A stretch of 62,669 bases of DNA, counting the filler, from Diploschistes diacapsis (Eukaryota), in assembly GCA_023645945.1 (NCBI GenBank). It is 16 parts of 16 records of this genome, joined end to end, with 100 filler letters (N's around TTAATTAATTAA, not from the genome) between each part and the next. Parts side by side here need not be neighbours in the genome. Positions count along the whole stretch, not along the records: positions 22,541 to 43,490 come from JALAIB010000321.1; 15 more parts are not named here. One strand, written 5' to 3'. Positions within the stretch are counted from its first letter, which is position 1. Each line of letters begins with the position of its first letter. Of this stretch, positions 22,541 to 36,077 are shown one piece after another. The notes under the pieces are model-generated. The model was not told where the DNA came from and did not search any database. It was given only the letters and a program-made list of their open reading frames with translations. The translations under genes were made by a program, and so were the position numbers.

Positions 22541-23211
22541 CGCTCCTCCTCCCGCCCACCAGAAACCCGTCCTTGATCCTCACCCTCTCCACCGTCGCTG
22601 CCCGTTCGTGCGTCTCCGTGTCCGCGTCCGCCTCGCCCACGTCCCAATGCCGCCCGTCCGCCTTGTCGTACACCTTGACCACCGGCTCCCCCGCCGCGGC
22701 CACGATGCGCCGCGCATCGAACATGATGCCCGTCACCGGCGCGTCGTAGCCGTAGGCGTCGAAGATGGCGCCCGTGCGGAGATCCCAGATCTATGGCTCG
22801 CAAGGAAGAAGATGCCAATCAGTCACTTGCCGCAATGACCCAAGTTCAAGAGAGATAAAAAGAAAGAGAGAAAGGCTCGAGCGCCCAAAATTCAAGTGGG
22901 AGGGAGGAAAAGGAAAAAGAAAGGAAAGGGAAAGAAGGAAAACACGGAAACTCACCCTAACGCTCCGATCAGCGCTCCCCGTCACCAAATGCACGTCGTC
23001 GAACTGCAGCGCCGTCACGGCCCCGGTATGCCCCACCAGGCTCCGATGCACCTGGCCGGTCCGCAGATCCCACAGCCGGACCATTCCGTCCGCCGTCCCG
23101 CACGCCAGCGCCGCGTCGAAGCACTGCAGTGCGCCCACGAAATCGGCCGACGCGTCGGGGAGGCGGCTTGTGGAGCGCCAGGGCCCACTGCCGCTACCGC
23201 TATTGCTGCCA

Positions 23212-23242
<31 letters not shown>

Positions 23243-24801
23243 TCCCGTTGGTGTTGAGCGAGGAAGAGGAGGCTTGTTGCGCTTGGGCGGCAGCCCAGAG
23301 GACGTCGAGCGTCTGCACGCAGCGGCCATTGACTAGATCCCATTGTCGGAGCGTTTTGTCGGCGGAGCCGGAGACGAGGGTGTCTTTGTGGAAGTGGAGG
23401 GCTGTTATTTCAGAGACGTGGGCGGATAAGGTGGTTTGGAGGGTGTCGGCCATGCTGGCTGGCGGTGGCTGCGATGGGGATCCTTGGGGCGCTTCGACCG
23501 CGTCGTCGTTTTCGAGCGGGTCGAATTCGGAGGGCTCCCCTTCGTCTGTGCTGGTGGGTTTCGAGGTGATGGAGGATGAAGCGGGGAAAGGGTAACGGGC
23601 CTTGCTGAGGTCCCAGAGCCGTACGTCCGCGTCGATGGAGCCGGTGGCAACGATGTTCTCTTCTACCTGCAGGCAGCGCACGGAGGCGCGGTGCCCTTCC
23701 AATAGGCCGAGGCAACGGCCCTGGTTGAGGTCCCAGACGCGCACGGTGTCGTCAAGGGCAGCGGTTACCATGGTGCCGAAGGGAGCGTCGAAGTCGAGAG
23801 CTGTGATCATGTCGTTGTGGGCGGGGATCTCGCGCAGACTAGTACCTGGCGAGAAGTGTTCGTGGCGGATGGGCATCGAGCGTCGGCGGGGCGTGCGGCC
23901 ACGGCGTTGTTTTGGTGAGGTCACTGAAGGAAGCTTTTCGTAGATGGATTGCGACATGAAGTTTGTCGAGCCTGTGGGCGTGGCGATGCCTTGGTCTTCT
24001 GTTCCGGCATCGGACTCTGCGGGAGGGGTTTTCAGATCTGCTACCCTTTTTTCCTCTTCGACAAGATCTTGCATGTCTTCTACCTTATTGTCCAGCTCCA
24101 GAAGCTCTTGCTCGACCTTCAGTTCGTCGTCTTCGAGGTCGGACAGGCGGTCAAGCACAATCTTGCGCATGCTGTTCAGGTTCGCGATCTTTCCATCGAT
24201 CTCCAGTATCTCTGAAGAGCACAAATTTTTTCGAATGCCCATCATCTCCAGTTTGTGGCTCGCTTTGTCCCGCTCCCTCTTAAGCTTGACCAGAGTTGGG
24301 TGCCCCTCCTCCTTGACATCGTCCAAAAGCTTCGCTGCCTTGCTGTGATGCCGCCTATGCTTCTTCCTGTGTTCGCTTTCTTCCGACTCGGGTAGCGAGG
24401 CTTGAAAACCCTGGAACAGAGAATAACCGTTTTTGTCTTCCGGTATGCTTTCGAGGAGCTCGTCGGGTATATATGTGAGAGCGCGATGTTGTATCTCTGT
24501 TCGAGACAGCCTTGCGCGTACGACTTCCGACGGTGAGTTCTGCACAAACGAGAAAACGCTGCGCTGCAGGCCCGGTCGCCGCAGTTCATGATGTATTTCC
24601 CTCATAGCACTTTGATATGCGCTCGTAGTACCTTCGCCCAGCGGACCGACAAGATGCTGGGCGGTGGCTGTCACCTTCCGTCCGATTGCTTCGACATTGC
24701 GAGTCTTGATAAACATCAGCTCCAGGACGTTTGCGTCTTCTTGAATTACTCACTGTAAGTGCAGTGCCCAGGATAGATCCCTCATCATCGTGATTGGCCA
24801 T
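22541..24801 (-). CDS. MDV1: Mitochondrial fission WD40 adaptor Mdv1/Caf4, 3' end truncated by contig end
   Basis: [16 protein letters not shown]/intron/[11 protein letters not shown]...; YSLFQGF N-terminal extension, coiled coil, WD40 repeats ([54 protein letters not shown]); final exon [16 protein letters not shown]...[12 protein letters not shown]. Confidence 0.92.
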
Positions 24802-25785
24802 GGCCGCGCACAGTTATTGTCTGACACTTTCCCTCAGATTTGAAGTGCCGGCTTCAGTGATGCATATCAGCTACCTGTTTGTGTAAAGTATTACCACCAA
24901 GTTCCAGTGGATGATTGGGAGATCTTTGTCGTGTGATGTTTGGCTGACGGCATGTGCCACAAAAAAGTGTGGAGTGAAGCTACCCTTGTCGTTCACGGGA
25001 ACGTGGCTGCTGTGGCTTGTCGGATCCGGGGGGGCCGAAGACGTTTCAACTACGAAGCCAATATGTCGCCTACTTATCCTCGTACAGATCCCCAAAGAAT
25101 GCGGACTTGAATAATCAAAACCAAACCCAGTCTCTAAAAAGCGAAGGAACATATCAGGTAACAAGGACTTCACCTATACTAAGCAAAGCACAAGCTACAT
25201 GCGGAAGGTCAGAGGCTGTGTCATGGTTACAGGTCACGACTCAATATACCATAACAGCCGGGAATATCCCATGCATTATCCAAACAAGCAACAAGAACCC
25301 TTGTTAGGAGTATATATTAGCACAATGGTGCTCATAAAATCCCAATCCAGAAAAGACCACTTTGGGCCCTCCAGATGCAACTCCCCTGCAGATCTCCCAC
25401 CGAACCCACGCTAAAGCAAGAAAATAATACCCAGGGGTATCGCTGAAACAGCACGCTGTAAACCTCGACCACCATCGCCTTTGCCACAAAGAGTCTGCTT
25501 GCTCTCGGTCATAATGAGTAAATGGTGCAACGGATATTTGCCGTGTTTTTGACGCATCAAATAACATGATAGGGAGAAGGGGCCCCCATGCTAACCAAGG
25601 TAGAGTAGACCGTGAAGTCAGGGAAGGGTCACTCAGAGAGCTGTTGCGAAGGTCCAAGCAGGCACTTGGAAAATACTAGCCAGCTGGGAACCATACATCC
25701 TCCTATTCTTTTCATCTGTGGCCCCTCCCCCCCCAAAGAAATTCCGTAGTGTAGATTTCGTCAAGCATCTCCAGCGTGTTCGCCC

Positions 25786-28700
25786 TTACATCCAGCCCCA
25801 GACACATCCGTACCACCCCGGTTTTGACCCATCTTTCCTGAACAGCGTCGGCTCCTGGCTGCCCGATAAAGCGGCCGCCTGGTCCTCTTTCACGAGCTCC
25901 CAGCCCATCTTCATGGCCGCCCACTCACTCTCACTCCTGCCATCGATGAACGCGGCAACATCTTCGCCGGAGATGGGCTGCTGCATCATGGTCCAGTGGT
26001 ACATCACGGCGGGTGGAGAGTGCGGATGGGCAGAGCTTGGGCCGTTCGAGCTTGTGATTGGAGGTGGGAAGGAAGGCGGTTTGGAGTCATACGGATTCGG
26101 GGAGAGTCTTGAGCTGGATGCTGTATTTGGATATGGCTGGTAAATGGAAGGATAGTGCTGAGGTGAGCCTGCTTGCGAGCTGAAAGGTTCGCTGACGCCT
26201 AGGCTGTTGTTGACCGGGTTCCAGATGTCAGGCCCCCTTGTTGCGGGCGGTGCGGTCAAGGCTGCGTTCGAATTGACTCCGTTCGGTGTCTGCGGGGATC
26301 TCTGTAGATCATCTTCGGCGTTGCCGAGATCCTTGAAGAGATCGTCCAGTCGGCTAATCGACTCTGAACGCTCTTGCAGATGTGAGGCGCTCAGGGTAGC
26401 GTTACCGGATGTCTTGAGCCCGGACCTCCTGATGGCCTTCTGAGGGCGGCTGAATGATTGTGGGCTATTTTCGTAATCCTGAGCTGCCTTCCGATAATAC
26501 GTGTGCAGCCGGTGCAGTGTCCGAAACCAATGCTGGGCCACAGGTAGAAGAAAGCGCATCTGAGCCACAGCCTTCAGAGCTTCGAGGACTATCTGCTGGC
26601 TTTCGAGGATGCTGCGAGGATAACTATCGCTGCCACAAACTGCGCCTTCGCTATCCATGTGTGGCAAATTAAACGCGTAGATGCCGGCGAAAGAAACAAG
26701 GTAGAGCCCAAAGCCCATCATTGGCGTGCCGGGAAGCAATCTTTGCGATCTACAAGCCTCGAACAGGCTCAGGAACTCCTGTGCCGCTGCGAAGAATTTT
26801 TGGACGGAAGCTGCATGCCGCAGACGTTTCATAGGCGAATCATGGCCATGGTCGGTCTCGTCCAGCTCGATGGGAGAATCGAGGGTGATGGGAAGGAAGA
26901 CCAGACTGTCGCGGTAGAGGACAAGCCGACAAATGGAGTAGATGGCGTTGAGCAGGGTGAAGGGAGGTGAGGTGTGTTGGGCCACGTGTGCTCTAATGTT
27001 GGAGTCCGAGAGACGGAAGGAGCGAGGGCTGCTCTCTCTGAAGGAATGCAAAGCAGCTTCAATCTCAAAAGCTGCAGAGACGGCGACTTTTGGATTCGAT
27101 CGATTGCCGCTATCGTCGTTAGCTTTTCCTGACCGTTAAGAAACATTTGATCCCTACCTAGCAACACCTGCATGCGTTTTCCGGGCAACTTTACCCCATA
27201 TCTCAGAGATCTTTACGAATCGGCTCAGTAGCCCCTCCGATTCGTCCTTCTCGCACGAAACAGTTGAATCGTCGTTATTCTCAAGAGCCCTCCTGAACTT
27301 CCGCAATTCCCCATCTTCGGGCTCACCGATTCCTCTCTGGAGCTCTCGCTTTCTGCGCAGGAGTCGCATCTTCTGAGCCGTTGTCTCCCCGTTATGGCTA
27401 CACTGTCCAGTCAAGAACGGGGTGCAAACTCTCTCGCCAAAGGCCCAAGCCTTCTCTGCGCAAGGCAGCTGCACGCGGAGGTCGTTCGAGCTAATCGATC
27501 CAGGTCTGAAGCTGCCATTGCTGAGATATCGGTCCAGGATGAAACAGCTCCATGCCGTCCTCCGACGTGACTCTTCCTCAACGAACATATCGGAGCTGGA
27601 CTCGGGAGCTTCCAAGCTAGATGAGGACCTTCCGTCGGTCTGGACTTGCAGCATCGCATTCTGGTTTGCGAAGCCCATTACCCACATCTCGGCTGGATTC
27701 ATGTCTTCGTAAAAGAGCCCCATGGTCTGGGCCATTCGTATCGCAAGTCCCAAGTGCATCCAAGCCTGGACTCCTCTGGAAAGACTCCAATCGTATAGCG
27801 TAAGCATGAGCAGGGCCTGAACCTTCTCCAAACTTGGCTGTTGATCGGACGTGACTTGCTCGGCCATAAGGATGTTACGTAGAGCGGAGGCGTAGTAATC
27901 GCTTGCAGCAGATGGCTCTCCTTGCTGCGCATTTGCATCTTTTGCCCTCGTCCAATGGTCGTTCACGAGCTCTTTATGGAACCTCGCGGTCAAAGTAAGC
28001 AGCCCAAGGCCAATCAATTGCTTGGCGAGTACGTCTTCGCCGCCGGCTGGATGCGGCAGATCGTGGGTTGCATTTGCTCCAAAGGCGTTTGCCTCCTCAG
28101 TGAGCTTTGGCAAGAAAGTGGGTGCATGCAGGAACGGCAGCTCCGTTCCATAGTGTAATTGGAAAAGATCGAATACCTCCTTCCAAACCCGGCCTTTCAG
28201 TGCTGGGGAAAGCCAGATGCCACCTCGGAGAGCTGAGCTCTGTGATTCCATCGCAGCCATCGGTGCGACCTGGGCACGGAGAGGTTCAGGTCCGGCGTCT
28301 CTGAGAGCATAGTCTATATTGGACTTGTCGGTAAAAGCATCGCTCTTCTTCGCCCGAGACCGTTTAATACGTTCCTGTCCTTCGTCGCCATGGCTACGTT
28401 TCCCAGTGCTTGAGTCAGTGGCACCAGGTGCCGGATAGATACACTCCCGGCCACTGTGTGCGCAAGCCTCGCACGTCGTACCGGCGCCAGCATTCGTGCA
28501 CTTGATCTTGGATCGACGACATCGAGCGCAGGCGATACTCGATCTCAATCGTGGGTTGTTAGAAGGGGTAGCAGAAGGCCCATTGCTAGCTTGCGTCGTC
28601 GCATTTGATGCTGGTCCTGGTGATGGTGCCGGTGCTGCAGGTTGATGTTGACATTGATGTTGATGTTGCGGCGTTGATTGCGGCAGCGCTGCGGCCGGTT

Positions 28701-28902
28701 GTGGTACAGGCAGGCCGATGGGGGTTGAGCCGGGCGTTGAGATGGTTGTTGGTGGGAACTCCCCGGACTTTGGCGGAGAGGGGATGTATTTCGGAGAGTT
28801 AGTGGGGAGTCTCGGGGGTTGGGATACCGGGGGCTGCTGTGGCGGTGCGGCGGCCGACTCGGGTGCTGATGCAGCCGAGAGAGACGAGAGCGGCTGCTCC
28901 AT
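25786..28902 (-). CDS. Zn(II)2Cys6 fungal transcription factor with Fungal_trans middle domain
   Basis: ACARCRRSKIKC-x8-CEAC-x6-C binuclear cluster; AWMHLGLAIRMAQTMGL; EESRRRTAWSCFILDR. One intron (~27110-27158) joins ORFs 27154..28965 and 25786..27051; likely ATG 28902 (MEQPLSS). Confidence 0.92.
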
Positions 28903-31900
28903 AGTCGTCTTTGGAGTAAGTAAAGGTAGGTTTGGTAAGAAACGCGCGTTCGTCGCAGCGCGCAAAGCTCAAGCCAGAGCTGTACGCGCATCAATCGCGA
29001 AGTTGTCACATTGGATTTCCTCGACGACTGGACAATTTTTGTTAGCAGAAGTCGAAGAGTTGTTGGCAATGAGAGACGGAGGTTGAGAAAAACAGAAGGG
29101 GAAGAACGAAACGAAGCATTGCATTGCACGGCAGAGAATTCCCGACCGAAGCAGCCAAGTAGTTGTTTTCTTCGGATCGCAACCCGTACCTAACCCAGTA
29201 GCCAGCACCCCGCCGACCCTCGTCGGTCTCAAGTTTTCAACTGCCCTTTGAGCCTTAGGCCTTCTCTACCGTGCACCCAGTAGGTTGTAATTGACGGAGA
29301 ACCAACGCGTTCGGCAAAGCCAGCCAGCTCAGGTACCTTTGTATCAAAAACGGAACTGGACCAACCTTGTTGGGGAACCCGACCGAGAATCCTTCAGAGA
29401 TCGGCTCAAATCTTAGCCTTCCCGGACCACCACCAAGCGAAAGTGAAGAGAACAAATAGGGAAGGGTCAGGGGAGGGCGGTCGTTCGTGGCCTCGAGCGG
29501 CAGATAAAGCATCACAAGCTCTCCTCGCTTTGCATGGGATTAAACTGGCTGGACCAATGTGAATCGGTATCCACCGCCTACCCGAACTAGATGTGTTCGA
29601 AACGACCGACTACTGATGGTCTAGGATGCAGGGTTCAACGACTGAAGTGCCCTTCCTGTGGGACGTGGAGCAGCCTGGAGAACCGCTGGACTACGACTTT
29701 TGCAGGATACGGAAGTGGATCGGCTCGAAGCCGGAGCCGCCGCGATGTGGTGCACAGTTCGCGGTTGACAGATGACAAGCAGGAAGGATCTTCAAAGAGG
29801 AGAGGAGGGGATCGAGTGCGATTACTTTTGCAGGGCCGACTCTCTTTGAATGTCCTCACGGTAAAAGAAATAGTATGCATTCAAGTTGCCTTTGGTAAGT
29901 AAATCTTTTCAAATACTTAGGAATGCTTTTACATTCCCCAATGTTCCATAGGCGTGCCTTCAGCCGATTGTGGATCTCGAAGATGCTCCCGATTGCATGA
30001 AAATTGAAAAGCGCAACGGGCTTGCCGCGAATCCGCACGGACCTACTCGGGAACATCGCATAACGGCCAAGTCGGGGTGATAGATAAGAGTGGGTAATAC
30101 GTGTGTTTTGCTCGCATGTAGTAATGGAGGGTCGCAACCGCAACTTGTCCAGGCCACTTCTCCACAACCGGTACGAAATGTCACATCATCATCACCATCG
30201 CATAGAGTATCTTGTATTTCGGCCTGCAGAGCGACAATTCTGGATGAGCGCATTGGCGCACAGATGGCCGTTGTGAAAGTGTACAGATGATCAGATTATG
30301 GGCAAAGCTTGGACCCGCCGTTCTTTTCCCCGACTCGTGAACCCATTCGTTGCTGCGAGAGCAATGTGAGCATCCGCGGTCGAGATACTCAGCGGGATCA
30401 GAGGTCGGATGCAACCGTGAGAACTGTGGCCTTCGCCATGAACGGGCAGATATTTAGCAAAGGCATGATCGGCACCTAAAATGTAGCGCAAATGCATGCG
30501 CGAGGGAGCCAGAGAAAGTAGCTTCACCCCGTTTGTTGACTGAATCCGGTTGCAACGGAGCAGGGCGCAAAAAGATCTTGCTCCCGTGTTTGGCGACTTC
30601 ACGACCTGGTAATAATCGAACCTCTCCTATCCTTCTTTAGACGCCTTGCCCAGCACAATAAGCCTTCTCATTTCTGATGATTTCCTCAGCTCCCCTCACT
30701 GTAAGTATTCTTGTAATCTTAGATGGAAAACAGACGCGCGACGCAACTCCCTCATAGCCAATATCGCGATAGAGGAAGGAGTTTCATTTCACCATTCGGG
30801 GTATAGCCCACCAGGCGTTGTGCGTTAGCCCTCCAAACGGCGCGATCTGGCCGCACCACCATCATCACAGCACCTGAGCAAGCCCGCAAGCGGTTCAGCC
30901 GAGTCACAATGGAGAATTGCAGCTCAGCTTCCAGAAGTAGGCAAAAGTCCAGCTCTCCGCTAATGCATGATTCGGTAAGTAACGTCAACAGAGTTTGCCG
31001 AAGAGTCCTTCCGAAACCCACCACTTCAACTCTTGGGGGGGGATTGCTCACTCGGATGATTGCTGCAAGGTTTTATTGTGAGGCCGACCTTAGAGAAAGC
31101 TTCAACTCAACATGCGTGTTTTTCTAATCCCACTAATGGTCAATGTGAAGACATGAATCGGCTCTGGAAGTTGTTGTTGGAGAAAACCGGGGATCAGCGC
31201 GGGCTACAAAAGTAAAAGTTTTGCCAAGGCCATAGCCACCGAGCGAGCCCTAAAGTGCCGAACCAATAGGGAGCCGCCAATCTTTTGTTAGGGGACGGAC
31301 AATTACCGTCCCGTGTGGAAGGCATTCCGCGTTGATGATCTGCAACATATCGAGGTGTGTGCGCCCTTGGACGCGCAATGCGTAATGCATATGCCGCCAT
31401 ATGCTCGACACATAGCACAGCCTTGCGTCTTGCTTGTTACCCACTATGTGTACCTACTACATACCTACTATATGCCTACTGGTAATTGCCTATGCAAGAG
31501 AATAGCTGACGGAAGGTCCAAAGTTTGAGCCGAGACGAGCAAACATCACAATGGCCGCTGCAAACAACTGATACGAGATCAGGGCTCGGGTACAGGGCAA
31601 ATCTGGTCATGTGGAAGTAAACAGCTTTTGCATTATTTGGATCGTCACCGATTCCTAATAGCCCATACACCCTAATAATGTACCTTGTCCGCCAGACCTC
31701 CACCAGACCTCTACCCCCCACCCAGCCATCCTTCAGAAGCGACCGCTCCGTTAACAAGTTGCCATGGATCCTGCACTCTAAAGCCACTTCGGTCCGTTGA
31801 ACATGCTTCACCACTAAGAGCTTGCCGATTGGTCAGGAGAAACCAGCTGCTGCCGTCTTATTAGCCATATGAAATGAACAACAAAGGTAGGTGCCAAGAA

Positions 31901-31934
31901 GTACATGCTTACTTTCCGGACCGATGACGCTTGT

Positions 31935-32601
31935 TCAGCAGACAGGAACAACTTCCATGTATGATTCAACACATTGAGCAGCCCACCAACGATCATAGAT
32001 GTTGTAAAACGAGCCCGACAGGCATGACCACCAGATCGCAGAGCTACCCAGTGCCACTGTGTTGTTACTGCAGATGGAATACCCAGCCGTGCTGATGGCT
32101 CCCGTCTGAGGAGGCTGGTCGAACTGCCATTGATAGTTGTCGGCAATGTAGGCGGTACGGTTGAAAGAATCGTGCATAACACCGTCCTTCAGAGTCAAGA
32201 GCAAGGTTCCATCCTTGGGCGTCACACAATTGGGAGCGGCAGGGAATGGAGCAGTTGAGCCGTTGGCCTTCTCATCCATGGCCACACTCTTGAGAGAAGC
32301 ATCGACTTCGGGGACGAAAGCGTGAGATTTAGAAGTGTCGTCACGAGCCCCGAGGCCTTCGACGGCGCCATCAGCTCTGCGAGTTCTATACAAGTATGAG
32401 TAAGGGGACGGGGACAGTGACCAGAGACTCTGACGTTTGCTTTTTGGATGCAACATCGACCATGGTGATACCGAACTTGCCCGCGTGAGTAGGAACGCAT
32501 CCAGGAGGGGCTGAACCAGACGGGGCAATGGCAATAGTTACGCCTTGAGGCAAGGCATTCCCAGCGAGCATGAGTGTTGCGAATACCAGTGCTCGATACA
32601 T
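31935..32601 (-). CDS. PIR/Cis3-type cell wall protein (C-terminal four-Cys domain)
   Basis: Signal MYRALVFATLMLAGNALP + QGVT..IAP....PPGC......FGI; one intron; C-terminal LTLKDGVMHDSFNRTAYIADNYQWQFDQPPQTGAI...GYSICSN...LG.....WSCLSGSFYNIYD...AQC. Confidence 0.85.
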
Positions 32602-33175
32602 CGTGGGCAAGCACAATTGCGAGTGATACTGCAAGATAAGCAATTGAGCGATAAAGATGGGTGAAGAGAAAAACAATCGGAGATCTTGAAAAGCAGACGC
32701 GCTTTTATAGTCACTGGAGACTTCTTCGTAACCAGGACAACTCAGTGAAGTGTTACTCCTGCCTTGTACAAGATTTGACCTTCTATTCCTCGTTAGTGTC
32801 AGTTTCCTTGTGGCAAGAGCGATCACAACGATCAATCTAGAGTTGAGTTTGGAACTGCCATTTCTCAGAAGGTAAAATCAGCTGCCAGGTCCATCAGCTG
32901 CAGTGGTATGATGAATCTGTTTTTTAGATTTTTTTCTCCACGGTGAAAAGTCGGATATCATAGGACTTTGGACTTCAAAACTTCCAAGAGTGAGGTTCTG
33001 TTGTGAAATGTGTCCCTACTCATCAGGATTTTCTAAATATTAGGGCGCAATCATGAATATCCCGAAAATTTGCTGCGTAGCTGACCTCGAAGCTGCCCAT
33101 ATCTTTCCCAAATAAGCCCGTGGCAGTGCTTTACGTACCAATGAACAGAGCTCGTAGTATAGCATAACATCGAAT

Positions 33176-34316
33176 CTATGGCAGTATAGACCGCAAAGGC
33201 ACTTCCCAAAACCAACTTGCAATAGCCATTCCACCAAAAGCCATTATCGCCGCCATAGCCAGGTTAACGCCATTGTTATCCAACAATGTTCTCCCTGCCT
33301 CCATCTTTCTGCTTGAACTTTTCTCGTTGTTCCTTCTCATTGGATCCATTACCGGTACCTGCGCACAACCCATTAGCATCAATTTCTACTACCTGTGAAG
33401 TTCTCAGATGATCACTATCGACTTACCATCTTTCCTCCCCTTCCCTCAACAACCTTCCCCGTCCTAACATCAACCACGCTCGCCTGCAGCCATCCTCCAA
33501 GAAAGCTATCCAGCAAACTTCCGCTTCCTCCCCAGACCGTTACAAAGCATACCCAAGCAGCCTTCTCCCACAGACCCCAACTATTCCCCCCTAAAAGCCC
33601 CGGCCGCAAACTCGAGCTCAGCCGCGTGTCGATGACGGGGCAAAAGGGCAAAAGTATCACGCTTGTGGACGCTATTACGAACGCTCCTAGAAACCCGGCC
33701 AAGGTGCCGATGAGCGTGACGCCGCCATTTGTCCCTGGCGGCACTTTCCGCAACGTGGGGGATGTGATGAGCCGAGGAGGAGAGGAGGAGAGGATACCGA
33801 GCTCGGAAGAAAAGGTATCGGCTGCGACGGCGGCGTACTGGCTATTCACCCGCAACAGTTAGCCACAAAGGCCCGTAATGCTGAACCCCGCTACATATGG
33901 CCGTGAAAAATAATGTAACAATACCACACGATCCCGACAACCTCCAGCTCTCCTCCGTACGCATAACATCGTGCCATCGTCCTCCCTTGCCTGATTTTCC
34001 ACCAATGTGCCAATATTAAAACACTCGCCACGATGGAGTTCGCCAGCACCTGCGTGTGCGTCCTTGCTCCTTCGCCCCCTGCGCCATCTGAGCTTGAAAG
34101 CGTAAGTCTGCTCTTGACGTCCCTCTTGACTTTCGTGACGGCGGTGCCGATGAGGAAGAATGTGGAAAGAAGCGCGAAGAACACGCTCCAGGGGTGGACC
34201 GCATGAGCGATCGCCGTCAACAGGGCGGCGAGGTTGCCTAGGGGCGTTAGGGACCCGTTGGAGAGGGAGCGGAGGAGGAGGAGAGCGGTAGCGGGAATCG
34301 CAATAAGAGGTTGCAT
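33176..34316 (-). CDS. DUF92 / TMEM19 family integral membrane protein
   Basis: MQPLIAIPAT..., GARTHTQVLANS, YAAVAADTFSSELGILS..PRLIT..LRKVPPGTNGGVT, GSLLDSFLGGWLQAS, LLDNNGVNL. Two introns. Confidence 0.9.
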
Positions 34317-34785
34317 TGTGAATTGCCGATCCGCCGACGAAGGAGAGGTAGACAAGGAGATGGTTGCCTTGAGGATTGAGGATCGTGGACTGATGAAGCT
34401 CAACGGCCAGGAGAAGTTCGGCTTCAAAGGCTTGGCAAAGAAATTGGGGAGAATGACTACAATGTTTGTCAGCGTGGAGTCTGGCTGCTTTCTCTATCGA
34501 AGTTGACAGGAGTTTCTACATCAGAACATTTACCCAAGGAGATATAGCAATAGAATGTCTCGTTGGGTGTATACACACCCAACGGGTTAGCTTCACAAGG
34601 AATGGACAGCTTTCTTTGCTATTGATAGTTTGATTGATCTTATGCTACAAAATGTTGGCGCGCTGTCTGTGGGGAATTCCCACATATAACGTGTATGCGG
34701 AATAGACTAAACGGTTTCTTTTCGTTGGCAGCGTCTCTTCCAGCCAAGCAAGGGCTCTTGGTATGGGGTTCCTAAGTCCTTACCA

Positions 34786-35625
34786 CTAATCTTTCCCGGT
34801 TCTGCTTTGAAGCATACGAAACAGTTTCTCTTCTTCCTCATCCCTCTCCTCCGAATCATCCGGCTGCCCGTTCAACGCCTTCTTGCATTTTTCTTTCCAA
34901 TCCTCCAAATATTCAGCCTCCTCGTACACACCGCGCGCATGTTCCGCGATGTCAAAAGCCTGCCATGCCGTGTTGAAGTCTCCCTGGTTAAAACGAGCTA
35001 TCCCGAGATAGAAATGGACTCTGGCCACGAGCGGTGGAAATGGCACACGTCCAGCCGCTTGCTCAGCCTTGACCGAGTGTTGCACCATTGCTGCCCAGTC
35101 CTGCCGCAGCCATGCTGCTTTGGCACGTATGAGGCGGATCTCAGTCTTTAATTCTAATGCCTGGTCGTCCGTACCCTGCTTTCGAAAACGCTCGGCGTGA
35201 GGCTCATGCTTGTGGTGCCAGAACTTCTCTTCCGATTGCGTTTGAGTTGAATATCTTCGGACAATGCTTTCAGGGTTTGAGGCTTCTGGCTCTGTACCAT
35301 AGCCCATATCGTAAGGTGGAAACTCTTCGCTCGGACCCTCCAGGTACTCATCAGGATATGGGCGCACGAGGCTGTTGTCAGAATGCTGAGTTCTCGAGGA
35401 ACCGTGGGGTGAAGCTTCGTTACTCTGAGGCTCGGAGTTCGTTGACTCGTCATAGAATTCGTTATCGCCCGTCTCGGATAGCTCATCGGAGAGAATAGAG
35501 GTGTTGGAAGGCACAATAGTTTCGGCTCTCTGTCGTCGTTTTGCTCCCACCGATACCGGGCTCTCTGGATACGGGTGACTGGAGTGTGCGTCGGGCTCTG
35601 CAAATCTAATTGTTCTTCGGCGCAT
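34786..35625 (-). CDS. Hypothetical protein: disordered acidic N-terminus, helical TPR-like C-terminus
   Basis: 279-aa ATG-initiated ORF. C-terminal ARVHFYLGIARFNQGDFNTAWQAFDIA resembles a TPR helix pair. Confidence 0.65.
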   Translation of the reverse strand: MRRRTIRFAEPDAHSSHPYPESPVSVGAKRRQRAETIVPSNTSILSDELSETGDNEFYDESTNSEPQSNEASPHGSSRTQHSDNSLVRPYPDEYLEGPSEEFPPYDMGYGTEPEASNPESIVRRYSTQTQSEEKFWHHKHEPHAERFRKQGTDDQALELKTEIRLIRAKAAWLRQDWAAMVQHSVKAEQAAGRVPFPPLVARVHFYLGIARFNQGDFNTAWQAFDIAEHARGVYEEAEYLEDWKEKCKKALNGQPDDSEERDEEEEKLFRMLQSRTGKD

Positions 35626-36077
35626 CGTCTCGACTATGGGAACAAGATGGAGGGAGAATGAATGTAGACACCGATGGATGTAGAAATGAACTTGCAGGAG
35701 TAGCTTATCCCTCTGTAGAATATTGATGGGTTACAGATAACGCAATACTAAAGAAAAGATAAAACTTCTTTGTTAACTTGATTCTCGATACAAGACATGG
35801 TTACCTGGGTAGAGGAAAACAGTACATCCTTCCGCATCCGGAATAAAGCGCTCTTTACTACATCTTAAGCTCACTTCTTCAATAGACAATTTTCAACGCA
35901 ATCAAATAACAAATGAGCATGTATTACTTCGCCGTTGTTCTGTTCTATCACAAAACTCACGGGATTCAAATAATAAGCGTGTGGTAATATCTAGGTTCTT
36001 TAGGACGCCTAACTGATCCCAAAAAGAGGGTTGTACAACCCAATAGGCACATATGAGAAGCCTTCGTTAAGGCATTG

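Noticed and set aside
22765..24348. Plus-strand ORFs over MDV1, and antisense ORFs over DRS2, TBF1 and the BAS2-like gene (e.g. 49554..50495)
   Set aside because: Antisense shadows due to high GC3; no recognisable motifs.
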